A DNA stretch of 58,580 nucleotides from Thecamonas trahens ATCC 50062 (GCF_000142905.1 NW_013657635.1:251966-310545), one strand, 5' to 3'; positions 11,301 to 22,644 are shown, counted from the stretch's first letter. The notes: generated from the sequence alone by a model not told the origin. Numbers and translations: made by a program.

Positions 11301-12373
11301 ATGACGAGCGCAGCTCGAGCAAGGAGATCATCCACGAGATCTGCGAGTGGCTGGTAGTCGAGCCCAGCAGAGAGCCTATGCAGACGGCCTTCGTAGCTGG
11401 TAATGTCATAAGCGGGCGTGTAGTGGAAGACATACTCGAGCTCGTTGGAGAGGAGCGCAAGCTGCTTGGTGTAGGCAGCCGCGGCATCGCCTTCGGCCTG
11501 CTGCTCGACAGCTTGGGCGTAGCGCACAGCCGAGGCGACGTACGAGGGACGGGCGCGGCGCTGGCCGCGGAACGACGACCTCCGGCGAGCACACGACGAG
11601 AGCGGCGCCCCAGCCCGGCACGCAGGCGGGGCGACAGTGTACGAGAGGAGCTCGATGTGCGCGAGCGACGCCATCAGCTTCTCGGCGACTCGCGGCGGGA
11701 CAACCATGCCGGGGCAGTCGTCCAAGGCGCGCTCGACGAGTGCGTAAAGCGTGCGTGCGCCGTCTGGATCGAGCATGGCTCCGGGGACCAGAAGCATGTC
11801 ACCGACCTCCATAGCAGCAGAGAGAACATGGATGAACATGGCTTGTGGATCCGGAAACGACTCGGCGGCTCTGAGCATGGTCTTGAAGAGCGACTCTGCG
11901 TCGCGGACCTGACCGGCAGCAGCGAGCTTTCCCGCGACCTGGCGACCAACCCGAGCAAGGAGAAGCGCAGGATTGGCGACGGGCATGGCTTCCAGAGCCG
12001 AGGCAGGAGCATGAGCAAAGTACTCGCTCTGGACATCACAGGTAAACATAGACACCGTGAGCGAGACTGCGATGTCGACAAGGGTCATCAGAATGCCCAG
12101 GACGTCAAAGGCAGTGGCAGGAGCGAGTTGAGAAGGCGTGCCACCACCACGGGCATGGTCAACCAGAGCAGGAGAAGACGAAGCAGAAGCAGAAGGAGAC
12201 GAGAGCCGGGCGAGAAAGGCAGAGACCAAGTCACAGACCTCATACACCAATCGCAATGACGTAGTCACACGTCGCTTGGCCTCGCCAGGGCGGGCGTAGA
12301 CCTTGGACGACATGTGGGAGACAAGGGTTGCCAGGGAAGGCCGGGCTTGTGATCGTGCCAGTTGCGGTGTCAT
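5332..12373 (-). CDS. Large multidomain protein: TPR-like helices, GlnD/GlnE-type (DUF294-like) nucleotidyltransferase, DEP, PI3K/PI4K-like pseudokinase, two LRR blocks; split by four frame breaks
   Basis: ORFs 8867-12373, 8142-9089, 7513-8145, 6426-7634 and 5332-6804 join across breaks at ~9127, ~8215, ~7640 and ~6440. NTase motif LGSMSAAAMCHYSDVEFAML; DEP RKYPDC(F)VGSEAALWI...FAQALLDAGIIRH...FDSGFELYTF; RI-type LRRs such as LTHLDLSGNPLGNTGA. The ~7640 break could instead be a 52-nt intron 7644-7695 (GTAAGT...TCAG), which restores the frame. Confidence 0.75.
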
Positions 12374-13015
12374 CGATGGGAGAGGGGGGGGGGTATGTGG
12401 ATGGTGGTGGTGATCATGTTCGTGGAAATGGTAGCGATTACGCGGAGGAGACGGTGTGTGTGTGTGTATGTGTGTGTATGTGTGTATGTTATGTGTGTGC
12501 GAGAGAGAGAGGCGGGACGGGACGATGCGGGGCAGGTGGTGACAGATCGGGCGGAATCATCCGGGATGGGAGAGACTGGTGATCGATGGGGGGAGATCGG
12601 GATGTGCGATATGGGATATGGGATGGCGGTTGTGGTGGTGGTGATCATGTCCATCGACTCGGTAGTGTGTGTGCATGTGTGGGTGTGGGTGGGTGTGGGT
12701 GTGGGTGGGAGGGCGGCGGTGCGGGACGGCTGTGCTGACAGAGAGCAACACCTCACGCGGGAAGAGGGCACAGGCAGGACAACCAGAGGTGGGAAGGTGG
12801 GGACGATGGCGTCTGTGGGGTTTGCACAAGCAGGCGAATGGCGACAGAGTGACGGAGGCGGCGGTGGAAGAGAAACTGGCGCCGGCGCTGGCGCTGACGG
12901 TGGCGCTGGCGCTGGCACTGGCGGTGACGGTGGTGGTCGGGGGAAGCGGACGGGAGAGCACAGATCGGGAGTGGCAACGAGGTGGACAGGGCGGAGAAGC
13001 AGGAATGGATGGACA

Positions 13016-13900
13016 ATGGGCGCAGCGGTGAGACATCGCAAGCCGTGGAAAAAGATCTTGTATGAACAGCAGGCATATCCGGACAATCATGTGGATGAAT
13101 CGTTCCTCAATCTCCTACTCCTCAACGCCGAGCCCGTGTCGTACTCGTACGCCGAGGCGGTCGAAGGCACACTGGTACTGACGCAGAGGCTGGTCATTGT
13201 GGCCGTCTTTGTCGTCGCTTTTCTGCTCACGCTTGATGAGACCATGAGCGTGAACACGCTCATCATCATCAACGTGGCCACGCTGGTGGGTGGCTACGGG
13301 GTGTTTGTGGCGCTCACGCCGTCGTTGGCATCGGGCAGGTGGCGCAGCATGGTCCGCCACAATGCCAAGACGCTAGCGATTGTGTATCTTACCCTTCTGA
13401 TTGTCTCGCCGGTCCTGAAGACGCTGACTGACTCGTTCTCCAACGACACAATCTGGGCGCTGTCGACGCTCTTTATGCTCCTGCACATCCTCACAGCCCA
13501 CTACGAGCGGTCGGCCAATGCGCTTCCATCTGTCCAGCAGACGCCGTTTTCGTTCAACGCCGCCATTTTCGCCTCTGTCCTCCTTGTCTCGCGGCTCCCG
13601 TCGGCCATCCACGTCTTTGCGCTCATCTCGTTTGCCATCGAGATATTTGCGCTCGCGCCGCTCTTCAACCATCGACTCCACTCGTACTCGCTGCGGGCCT
13701 CGATTGCGGTGACCGTGAGCCAGGCGTGCGGAGTGACCGGACTCCTTGCCTCAACATACTCGATGTTTCTCGGCGTAGCCTTTGGCCTCTCGCTCCTCTT
13801 CATCACCTTTGTGGCCCCAGCCGGACTCCTCCTCATCCGGCGGTACAAGAACACCATCAACGGCCCGTGGGACGAGGCGCGGCCATCATTGGGCACCTGA
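13016..13900 (+). CDS. PIGC: Phosphatidylinositol N-acetylglucosaminyltransferase subunit C (PIG-C/Gpi2)
   Basis: WKKILYEQQAYPDNHVD, SPVLKTLTDSFSNDTIWA, SFNAAIFASVLLVSRL and C-terminal YKNTINGPWDEA are hallmark PIG-C motifs, with multiple TM helices. The upstream part of the listed ORF is microsatellite read-through. Confidence 0.95.
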   Translation: MGAAVRHRKPWKKILYEQQAYPDNHVDESFLNLLLLNAEPVSYSYAEAVEGTLVLTQRLVIVAVFVVAFLLTLDETMSVNTLIIINVATLVGGYGVFVALTPSLASGRWRSMVRHNAKTLAIVYLTLLIVSPVLKTLTDSFSNDTIWALSTLFMLLHILTAHYERSANALPSVQQTPFSFNAAIFASVLLVSRLPSAIHVFALISFAIEIFALAPLFNHRLHSYSLRASIAVTVSQACGVTGLLASTYSMFLGVAFGLSLLFITFVAPAGLLLIRRYKNTINGPWDEARPSLGT

Positions 13901-13947
13901 TGTAAATCCAAAGATGATCTCTATGCCCCTCGTTGACAAGAGGCCGG

Positions 13948-14020
13948 GTGACCGCCACCCAGTGACCGCCACCCAGTGACCGCCACCCAGTGACCGCCAC
14001 CCAGTGACCGCCACCGCCAC
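13948..14020. repeat. 14-bp minisatellite (GTGACCGCCACCCA) x ~5, followed by (CT)n and poly-C
   Basis: Visible directly between the PIGC stop and the nicalin start. Confidence 0.9.
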
Positions 14021-14105
14021 CACCTGTCTCTCTCTCTCTCTCTCTCTCTCCCCCCCCCCCTCCGCCCCCCAGCACCATCAGTATTCCACGAAGCTGAAAC
14101 TGAGG

Positions 14106-15972
14106 ATGAACAGAGACAAAATGACGACGATGGCGATGTCGATGACGATGATGATGGCAGTCGTTGTGGTGTTGACCTGTGTGGGAGGAGGTGCTCAAGC
14201 AGCTGGCTTTACCACTGCTGTCCACCCGCTCACCAGCTATGGCTACTCGGGTGCCAGCTATGGTAGCATTGCCAAGTCGGTCACCGGTTCCGCCACACTC
14301 TCTGCCACACCATGGTCATCCACTACCATGGCAGTCATTGTTCTGACTGAGGAGAGCCTTGCTCATGACATTGTCAATGCCCTGGTCACCTCCCCGCCCA
14401 GAGCCCTTGTCCTGGTCCTGCCATCCCCGGACGCCGCATGGGCTGCCGTACGTTACGAAGCAGAAGAAGGAGGGGAGGGGGGGGGGGGGGGGGGAGGGGA
14501 GGGAGAGAGAGGGAGGGAGGGGGTAAGGGTACCGGTGGATGGAGGGTATTGGTGGGTGGTGGGGAGCGCGGGGAGAGGGGAGAGGGGGTCATGGACCCGG
14601 CTTGCTGGTCGCACTCGCGGTGGCTCGGCTTGCTGACTGCAACCTGGTTGCGATGGCATTGTGTAACTCACCAAATCTTGCTTGCTTGGTTTGGGTTCAG
14701 GAGGTTGTGGCGGCGATGGAGACAGAGCTGATGTGGGCCAAGATTGAGTGCCCGGTGATGATGGCCTTTGCCGACGAGATCGGTGAGGAAGGCATGAAGG
14801 AGCTCGACGAGCTGACGCTGAGCGTCAAGACGTCGGCCAAGGAGATCAAGACTGGCGATGCTGCCAATGTCGAGGCGTGGCTGATCGGCTCGCAGGGCGA
14901 GCGCGCAAAGACCATTGTTGTCGCTGCCCACTATGACGCGCTGGCGGCGGCCCCGAGCCTGGCTTCGGGCTCGGACGCCAATGGCGCCGGTCTTGTGGCA
15001 CTGCTCTCGGTCGCACGCTCGTTTGGTCGGCTTTATGCGACCGAAAAGACGCGTGGGGCGTACAACGTGGTGTTTGTGGCGACCGCTGCCGGCAAGCTCG
15101 GCTTTGCCGGTGCCAAGGCCTGGCTCGCCGACGCATCGGCCATGCAGCTCCGCAACGTCGAGCTGGTGGTCTGCGTTGACGCGCTCGGTGCGCCCGGCGT
15201 CAACCTCCTCTCCACTGACGTGCCGCAGTCTGGCAAGAAGCGCGGGCCGGCGGGGTCGGCAGCTTCGGACGCGTTCGAGGCCGCGCTCGCCGAGCTCGGG
15301 GCCGGCAAGATCGAGCTCGAGCTCGACCCGGAGGCCCGGACCTACGCCTTTGAGCACGAGCGCTTTGCCCGCCGCGGCCTCGCGGCGTACACTGTCTCGT
15401 CGCACAGCGCGCCGTACAACATGCTGCGGACCAAGACAGCGGCCGTTGCCGGCGCTTACGACGCGGCCGACCGCGACGCGCTCGTTGCCAACATCCACAC
15501 TGTCACCACCGCCCTCGTCCGGGTCGTCTTTCCGCATCTCGGCCTCGCCGCCGCCGCCGACCTTGCCCGCCCCGATGCCGGCTTTGTCGACGCATGGGCC
15601 TCGTACCTTGAGGCCACGCCGCGGTTTGCGCCGCTCCTCGCCACGCCTACCGGCGCCCCGGTTGTCGCCGCCATCACCAAGGCCCTCAATTCGGCGCTGC
15701 CCGCCGCAGACGTGACCGCCTCGGACTTTAAGCTCGTCGTCCCGTACACCTTTACCGCGCCGACCGCTTCCGCCGAGCTCTCGGCCTACAAGCAGACCTC
15801 GCCCATCTACGACCTGCTCGCCTTCCTCGCCGCTGGCGCCTACGTCGTCGGCGTCTATGCATACTTTGTCGGCCCGTCGGCAGCCGTCGCCGCCGTCCTC
15901 TCGTACGTCACCTCCAAGCCGTCATCTGCTACCAAGGCCAAGACTAAGAAGTCCAAGTCCAAGAAGGAGTAA
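14106..15972 (+). CDS. NCLN: Nicalin (inactive M28 peptidase-fold ER protein); exons 14106-14447 and 14701-15972
   Basis: Signal peptide; TIVVAAHYDALAAAPSLASGSDANGAGLVALLSVARSFGRLY...YNVVFVATAAGKLGFAGAKAWL; AFEHERF; C-terminal TM helix and Lys-rich tail. Splicing the phase-0 intron joins two ORFs in frame. Confidence 0.92.
14448..14700 (+). other. Spliceosomal intron (253 nt, phase 0) in nicalin
   Basis: GTACGT donor at 14448, G-rich interior, candidate branch sites TGCTGAC/TAACTCAC, TTCAG acceptor at 14700. Exon lengths 342 and 1272 are multiples of 3. Confidence 0.85.
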
Positions 15973-16200
15973 AATCGCGACCTTGCTGCATCCTCCTCCA
16001 TATACACACCGCAAGCCCATCGCACGTGTGAATGTCTCATACACCAGCCGGCCGTCTATCGCCTGGCAGTGCGGGCCCCAGGTTTAGTTGGTCCGACAAA
16101 AGCGACGCGGCGTGGTGAGACGAGCCGGCGCCATCCCCCCTTCCCAGAGAGCGAGTTGAGGGGAAGGGGGCATAGGGACACGTAACTCTCAGGTTCCAAT

Positions 16201-16521
16201 ATGCTTGCGCGTGGGGTGTGTGCTGTTCATAGCGTGCGTGCACTGTCGTCGACGGCTGCACTCTGTGTCCGTCGTGGCAAGCATCCGCGTATGTTCCCTG
16301 TCCGTGTGGTGGCCTCGGACGGCTCCACTTTCACCATTGCCTCCACCCTGCCCATGACCACCCTCAAGCTCCATGATGACCGCTTCTCCCATCCAGAGTT
16401 CACAGAGGGTAAGGAGGTGTCTGATGCAAAGCGCGGTGGAAGAATAGGCAAGTTCATCTCTCGCTACCAGTCGTTTGACATCGATAACAATGCCGCCGCC
16501 GACGACTCTGCTGCCCAGTGA
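16201..16521 (+). CDS. Mitochondrial ribosomal protein bL31 family, with presequence
   Basis: Arg/Ser/Ala-rich N-terminus, then KHPRMFPVRVVASDGSTFTIAST...LKLHDDRFSHPEFT...GRIGKFISRY, the L31 pattern (HP..., DGST, HP.., GR..KF..RY). Confidence 0.85.
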   Translation: MLARGVCAVHSVRALSSTAALCVRRGKHPRMFPVRVVASDGSTFTIASTLPMTTLKLHDDRFSHPEFTEGKEVSDAKRGGRIGKFISRYQSFDIDNNAAADDSAAQ

Positions 16522-16736
16522 GTGTGGACGGGGAGGGGCAGGGCGGAGCAAAGGCGGGGGAGAACGGAGGCCTGTTGCTCTTCATCTGTTCGTCGATGTG
16601 GTCCTCGCCGGGATTCCTGTCCTGTAGCTGCTGGTTGCTGGTGTGCTGGCTGCTGATAAACAACACTCGTAGATCGTGCAGGACGGTGGCGCGAGAGGAG
16701 GAAGCGCAGGATGGTTGATGCAGAGGTGCAGAGCGA

Positions 16737-17687
16737 TCAGACTCCGCCGCCCGACCCGGAGCCATCGATGACGGCCACAAGACGGGCCTCGAGCTCGTCG
16801 AGGCTGATACGTGCTGCGACGTCGGCTGCGCAGGCGTCCTGGCAGATGGCCAGGAGCTGGTTGGCATCAGCCGGCACGTTGTCCGGAACAGGCAGGCGCG
16901 CGAGCGCGGCGGTGTAGGTGCCGTCGAAAGCGAGGGCGATGAAGGCGACCGAGTAGAGCGAGGCACCGAGGGCAAAAACGTCGACAGCCGGGCCGAGCAC
17001 AGATCCGGTCTCGACGTCGAACAGCTCGGGCGCCCGAAAGTGGGCGGTCGAGTGGGCGGCGGCGCGGTCCTGCTCCTCGAGGGCAACGGCGCGATCAGGG
17101 ATGTCGACGGCTACCGGGCGGACCGAGCCAAAGTCAATAAGGACCGGTCTCCAGCCGAGGTGCGCGCTCGCGTCGGCATCAAGCATGATGTTGGCCGGCT
17201 TGATGTCGCGATGGACGGCGCCAGCAGCGTGGAGGGCGGCGACGCCACGGACGACCGGCAGAAAGAGGGCAGCCAGGTCTGCAGCAGCCAGCTGCCTCTG
17301 TAGACTCTGCGGCAACTGCTCGGCGTTTCCATCGGCATGCTTCTGGACATAGTCGGCGAGCGATGCGGCGTAGCGCGGGAAAACCATGAGATACTGGTTG
17401 AGTGCCCGAGGATGGCGGCCGGCATCGATGAGCGGAGCTAGACTCTCATGATCGACCAGTCGATGGGCAGCGACTTCACCCTCAACGTCCGCCTCTGTCG
17501 TCCCTCCCTCCACCAGCGAGATGACCTTGATGGCCACTTGCTCCTCTCCTGTCGCATCGGTCCCCGCATGGACTGCCGAGTAGCCGCCGCGGGCCAGCAC
17601 CTTGCCCACCCGCCATTCGCGACCCGAGGCCAGGACCACACGCTCACGCGGGCGACTGCGCCGGAAGAGGCTCAGGATGGCACCCAT
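16737..17687 (-). CDS. STK16: Ser/Thr kinase, NAK family STK16/MPSK1-like
   Basis: N-terminal MGAILS (myristoylation-like), LARGGYSAV, VAIK, HRDIKPAN, LIDFGS, and the STK16-type activation segment EQDRAAAHSTAHFRAPELFDV. Confidence 0.85.
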   Translation of the reverse strand: MGAILSLFRRSRPRERVVLASGREWRVGKVLARGGYSAVHAGTDATGEEQVAIKVISLVEGGTTEADVEGEVAAHRLVDHESLAPLIDAGRHPRALNQYLMVFPRYAASLADYVQKHADGNAEQLPQSLQRQLAAADLAALFLPVVRGVAALHAAGAVHRDIKPANIMLDADASAHLGWRPVLIDFGSVRPVAVDIPDRAVALEEQDRAAAHSTAHFRAPELFDVETGSVLGPAVDVFALGASLYSVAFIALAFDGTYTAALARLPVPDNVPADANQLLAICQDACAADVAARISLDELEARLVAVIDGSGSGGGV

Positions 17688-17899
17688 ATATCTGCTGCGC
17701 ACGAGAGGGGTGTGGTGGGGGATGAGGTGGTCAAGCTGCTCGCTCTCTCGTCCTGGTCGCCATGCCATGCCGGCCAGCCACTCCGCACGCCTCCCCTCCC
17801 GCACCCCGCCACTCCCCCATCGCCACCACTCCCCCATCGCCACCACTCCCACACACCCATCATTCGTGGCATCAGGCAGACACCATTCGTTCGCCGCCA

Positions 17900-18172
17900 A
17901 CAGCCGGCAGCCGGCAGCCGGTGACAGATGGCCGGCAGCCGGCAGCCGGTGACAGATGGCCGGCAGCCGGCAGCCGGTGGCCGGTGACAGATGGCCGGCA
18001 GCCGGCAGCCGGTGACAGATGGCCGGCAGCTGGCAGCCGGTGACAGATGGCCGGCAGCCGGCAGCCGGTGGCCGGTGACAGATGGCCGGCAGCTGGCAGC
18101 CGGTGACAGATGGCCGGCAGCCGGCAGCCGGTGGCCGGTGGCCGGTGGCCGGTGGCCGGTGGCAGTCAGCCG
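17900..18172. repeat. Minisatellite of GCCGGCA / GCCGGTG / GCCGGTGACAGATG units between divergent genes
   Basis: GCCGGTGACAGATGGCCGGCA recurs about seven times with variable numbers of 7-mer spacers. Confidence 0.9.
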
Positions 18173-18274
18173 TTGGCCGAGTCGCCGCCACCCGCACCAC
18201 CACCACCACCACCACCACCACCATCCACACCCACCCACACACACACCCCACTCTCAAGCAGACAAGCAACGAGT

Positions 18275-21076
18275 ATGGGGTACACGAGTGCAGAAGAGGT
18301 AGTGCGTGGCATTGCTGAGCATGCACATGCGACAGGACTCCGTGTGAGGCAGAGAGTCTTTGCCGACTTTGACCGTCATCACAACGGACGCATCTCGGCC
18401 AATCAGTTTGCTCGTGGCCTGGCCATGCTCAACTGCCCGCTGGTCGACAACGAGCCTGCGGTGGTTAATCTCCTCCTCAAGGCCTATGCATACCCTGATG
18501 ATGATGATGCCATCGATTATCGTCGCTTTACAAACGCTGTCGATGACTACTACGCCACTGCTGCTCTCGAGTCCACCGGCTGCCTCCCCGACAACGTGCC
18601 GGCTGACCCGTTTGATCCCGACGCTGCCGCGAGCAGGGCGGGTGCCAAGTCGCCGCTGGCTTCGTCTAACGACCCCATGCTTGATGCCCTGGTCGATCGC
18701 GCCGCCAAGTACGCCGCCTTTCGCGGCGATCAGGTCCGTCTCTGGTTCACAGACTACGACCGCCACCGGACCGGCGAGCTGTCGGCCTCGCAGTTCCGCC
18801 GCGGCTTCCCGTTCACAGTCCCGGACGTCGAGTATCAGGCTGCAGTTCGGGCGTACGGTCGCGTGGTCCGCTCGCGGGACATTCGGGTGGCGTACCCGGC
18901 CTTTGCCGCCGACGTCCACGCCGCCATGGGCGAGATGGACGAGTTTGCCGGCCTCCGCCACCATGCCTACCCCGGGCTGGCTGGCTCGGTTGGCGTCCGC
19001 GGCGCACCCGGTCCGATGCCTTCTAGCCACCCAACGCCTGACGTCAGCGACGCGCTCGCCTTTCTCCGCAAGGAGGTGTACACCAAGCGGATCCGCATCG
19101 CCGAGCCATTCCACGACTTTGACCCGCTCCGGTCTGGCCTCATCTCGGCGGCGCAGTTCAAGTCTGCACTGGCGTGGACAGCCATTCCGCTCTCAACTGG
19201 CGCGGTGGAGGCGCTGACGGCACGGTACACATCTGCGGCGCGTGCTGCGCGCGACCCTACCCGTGCCGTCGCCTACCTCCCGTTCCTCGCCGAGATCGAG
19301 TTGGTCTTTACCCAGGAGGACCTCGAGTCGTCGCCAACCAAGGTCGTGCCGCCGCCGCCGACTTACTCGGCGCTGACCGAGAACGGCGAGGCGCGAGCAC
19401 TCGGCTCGCCGGTCCACACCTTGCCGCCGGTCATGCAGCGGCTCGCCGCCGTGGTGGCCCAACGGCGGATGAACTTGCTGCCGTTCTTTGAGGACTTTGA
19501 CGTCCACTGCTCGCGGTCGGTGACACAGAACCAGTTCCAGCGGCTGCTGGCCACCATGGGTCTCCACGTCTCGGGCTCCGAGCTGATGCAACTCATCCAC
19601 CGCTACGCCGACCGTACCGACCCGGTCCATGACATCAAGTACATGCCGTTCCTGGCGGATGTCGATCCGGCGGGTGTGTTCGAGACGTCGGAGCTCGCTG
19701 AAGACCGCTCAGCCTCGATGCAGGCGACGACGTCTGCCGATGCCGCCCGCGACGCCAACGTCACCGCCGCCCGCGACGCCTTTACTGCCGCCTACGGCGT
19801 CGACGACTCGGTCGACGGCACCCTTGCCATTGCCGCCGAGGAGGTCCGCCGCCGCCGCCTGCGCCCGCGCGACTTTTTCGTCGACCACGATCCGCTCCGC
19901 TCGGGCCTCATCACCGCTCCGCAGTTCCAGCGCTCGCTCACGGCGCTGCTCGGCGACGTCGTTGTCTCGACTGCCGCACTTGACTCCATCACCGCCGCCT
20001 TTACCACCGCCACTGCCGTCGCGCCGCAGGTTGTCGCCTACCCGGCGTTCCTCACCGCGCTCGCCGCTGCCACCGGGGCAGGGGCTGTCGCCGCCGATGC
20101 CGACGCGCAAGTTGCCGCGGCACGCGCCAAGCTCGATGCCTTTCTCGCTGCTGTCCGCAAGCGGGTCGCCCAGCGGCGCATCCTGGTCCGCCCGCTCTTC
20201 CGCGACTTTGACCGCCACTCGCGCGGGTTCATCGAGCCCAAGTGCGTCATCCAGGCCCTGGCCTCGATGGGCCTGCAATGCTCGCGGGGCCAGCTGAGCG
20301 AGCTCATGGCCGGCTTCCCGTGCAAGGCCACCGGTCACGGCTTTGACTACCTCGCCTTTGTCGACGCGGTCGATCCGCACGCCGCTGCGCCTGGTGAAGC
20401 CGTCTTTGCCGCCGCTGCCGAGTACGGCGCGGTGCGCCGGCCGGCACCCTCTCGCGTGCCCACGCCGTCGGCCGCCGCCGCAGGCCTCGACCTGCTCATG
20501 TCCAAGATCTGCAAGTGGGTCAACACGCGCCGGATCCGGCTCTCCGAGTTTGTGCGCGACCCGCGGTTCCCCACCCGCCACATGTCGGCCTCGCGCTTCA
20601 AGTCGGCGCTCTCTATGGCTGGCATCTGCCTCACCGAGCCCGAGCTCGAGCTGCTGTGCTCAGCTTACGCCGGCTCTGATGCCGAGCGGGTCAACCATGC
20701 GTTGTTCCTCGACGACGTTGACGCCACCTCGGTCGTCAAGCACCTCGAGGTCATGCCCGAAGTCGATCCGACCCAGACCATGCCCATCCTCCCCTCGGGC
20801 CCACTCGGCAAGGTCAGCGCCGCCGAACAGACCATCCTCGACCGGGTCGTCGCCCGCCTCGCCAACGCCGTCACATCGCAGCGGATGAACATCAAGCCGC
20901 AGTTTGCAGACTGCGATGGCGTCCGCTCCGGTAAGGTCACTCCGCACCAGTTCTCCGCCGTCCTCGAGACCTTCTTCAAGCTCGGCCTCGACGAGCTCGC
21001 TGTTCTTGTCAAGGCCTACACCATCGACGACGGGCGAGTCAACTACACCGCCTTCCTCAACGACATCCGCCATTGA
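18275..21076 (+). CDS. Multi-EF-hand protein (EFCAB6/CFAP115-like, probably axonemal)
   Basis: About eight repeated modules such as RIRIAEPFHDFDPLRSGLISAAQFKSAL...VAYLPFL (FxDFDxxxxGxIxxxQF). Confidence 0.8.
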   Translation: MGYTSAEEVVRGIAEHAHATGLRVRQRVFADFDRHHNGRISANQFARGLAMLNCPLVDNEPAVVNLLLKAYAYPDDDDAIDYRRFTNAVDDYYATAALESTGCLPDNVPADPFDPDAAASRAGAKSPLASSNDPMLDALVDRAAKYAAFRGDQVRLWFTDYDRHRTGELSASQFRRGFPFTVPDVEYQAAVRAYGRVVRSRDIRVAYPAFAADVHAAMGEMDEFAGLRHHAYPGLAGSVGVRGAPGPMPSSHPTPDVSDALAFLRKEVYTKRIRIAEPFHDFDPLRSGLISAAQFKSALAWTAIPLSTGAVEALTARYTSAARAARDPTRAVAYLPFLAEIELVFTQEDLESSPTKVVPPPPTYSALTENGEARALGSPVHTLPPVMQRLAAVVAQRRMNLLPFFEDFDVHCSRSVTQNQFQRLLATMGLHVSGSELMQLIHRYADRTDPVHDIKYMPFLADVDPAGVFETSELAEDRSASMQATTSADAARDANVTAARDAFTAAYGVDDSVDGTLAIAAEEVRRRRLRPRDFFVDHDPLRSGLITAPQFQRSLTALLGDVVVSTAALDSITAAFTTATAVAPQVVAYPAFLTALAAATGAGAVAADADAQVAAARAKLDAFLAAVRKRVAQRRILVRPLFRDFDRHSRGFIEPKCVIQALASMGLQCSRGQLSELMAGFPCKATGHGFDYLAFVDAVDPHAAAPGEAVFAAAAEYGAVRRPAPSRVPTPSAAAAGLDLLMSKICKWVNTRRIRLSEFVRDPRFPTRHMSASRFKSALSMAGICLTEPELELLCSAYAGSDAERVNHALFLDDVDATSVVKHLEVMPEVDPTQTMPILPSGPLGKVSAAEQTILDRVVARLANAVTSQRMNIKPQFADCDGVRSGKVTPHQFSAVLETFFKLGLDELAVLVKAYTIDDGRVNYTAFLNDIRH

Positions 21077-21241
21077 ACGCCAGCCAAAGTTAGCGTCCAC
21101 ACTCCGTCGAATCAGGACGATTACCAGCCACAAGGCCGAGGTCAGCGCGCCGTGCCCGTCACCTGTGTACTCCGCCACACGCGCCGCCACCCCTCCCGCC
21201 GCACCCCTCCACAAACACCCCACACACGCACGCAAGGTCGC

Positions 21242-22554
21242 ATGTCGGCCTCCTCATCCCCGCACTCTGCGCTCGAGTCATGCAGCGTGTTCGACGAGCT
21301 CCCCACCGAGCTCGGCGTGCTCATCTTCTCGTACCTCTCGGCGAGCGAGCTGGCATCGATGGCAGCCGTGTCGCACAGATTCCGCAGTTGGGCCAAGGAC
21401 GATCTGCTGTGGCGGAAGCTCTGCGCTGCTGATTGGGGTTGTCAGCCACATGCCCACCTCGATCAAGTCCTACCACCTGAATCAGAGCCTGTCGGCTGCT
21501 GGAAGGAGGTCTACCATGGGTGGGTGATGTTCTTTGATGGCATCCCGATGGAGTATGCTCAGGAGATGGGACGGGTGCTGCGGAGGCTTGTGGCGGCGGC
21601 AGATGCGGCGGTCCCGGGCATTGCCGACACGATCTTGCCGCCGCTCTCGCGGGATGCGAGTCGTGCCGAATGGGATGTGCTGGGAGTCTCACCGCCGATG
21701 AGCATCCGGGCCTTGTACTCGTGGCTCGGCGGACAGAACCTTGGCCGCGATGTGAAGCGGGCTCTTGAGATGTGTTTGTTGGCGGCCTCCGTGTCTACAA
21801 CTCGGTGTATGGAATGGTCATGCTGGCACAGGACCAGTTGTATCCGGTGGACATCGGCTCTGGAGTCGGGGTTGGCTTTGCGGCGTCGACCGTCGGTGGC
21901 GACATGCGGCTGTATGCCGTGGATCCGGAGGGAATGCTGGTGCGGGTGTGCAGCTCGGGCTTGATGCCGATGGTGTCGCAAGTGGGCGACGACCGCGAGG
22001 ATCCGCTGCTCTGCTGGCTCCGCACCTACGCCGAGCGGCTCGAGTCTGGCGTGTTTGGAGCCGATGAGCTGTTCTCGGCCGGCGAGCTCGGGCCTGGCGC
22101 GAGCCCGCTCGTCGCAATCTCGCACTTTCCCCAGTCGGGTGCCGGGTACTACGAGGCCACCACGCGCGGGATCACAGTAGGTGCCGCGCCGGCTCTGGTC
22201 GGGGATAGCGAGTGGGCGTACCGCATCACGGTGTTTGAGGCCGACGGCGGCGCCGAGCTGCCCAAGGCTCAGCTGACCACCCGCCGATGGGTCATCGACG
22301 GCGAGGATGGCGAGCACGACGAGGTCGAGGGGCCCGGCGTCATTGGCCTGTATCCTGTTGTGGAGGCGTCAGTCGGCCCGAGCCGGGCAAAGCCGTTTCG
22401 ATACGTTTCGCGGACTCTCCTGACCGAGTCGGAGCGCGGGACGATGGGCGGCGCGTTTAAGTTTGTGCCCGGCACCATCGATGAGCCTGCCGGCGAGCCG
22501 TTCTGGGTCCACGTGCCGACCTTTGAGTTGCGGGTCGACGACGTGCTGTTCTGA
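21242..22554 (+). CDS. F-box + SMI1/KNR4-like + ApaG (DUF525) protein, FBXO3/SKIP16-like; frame break at ~21780
   Basis: F-box FDELPTELGVLIFSYLSASELASMAAVSHRFRSWAKDDLLWRKLC; ApaG WAYRITV...QLTTRRWVI...EVEGPGVIGLYPVV...FRYVSRT...GTMGGAFKF. Confidence 0.88.
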
Positions 22555-22644
22555 GCCATTGTGTACATACACAAGCAGACATGAAGACACATCAGACATG
22601 AAGACTCGGCAGGCAAGAAGACATAGCTGACGTGCCGATCATCC

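Noticed and set aside
12362-13015. Long N-terminal extensions on PIGC (similarly STK16, PRP8, RCC1, INTS5-like)
   Set aside because: They translate promoter microsatellites (CVCV, PPPP, HTHT); homology starts at downstream ATGs.
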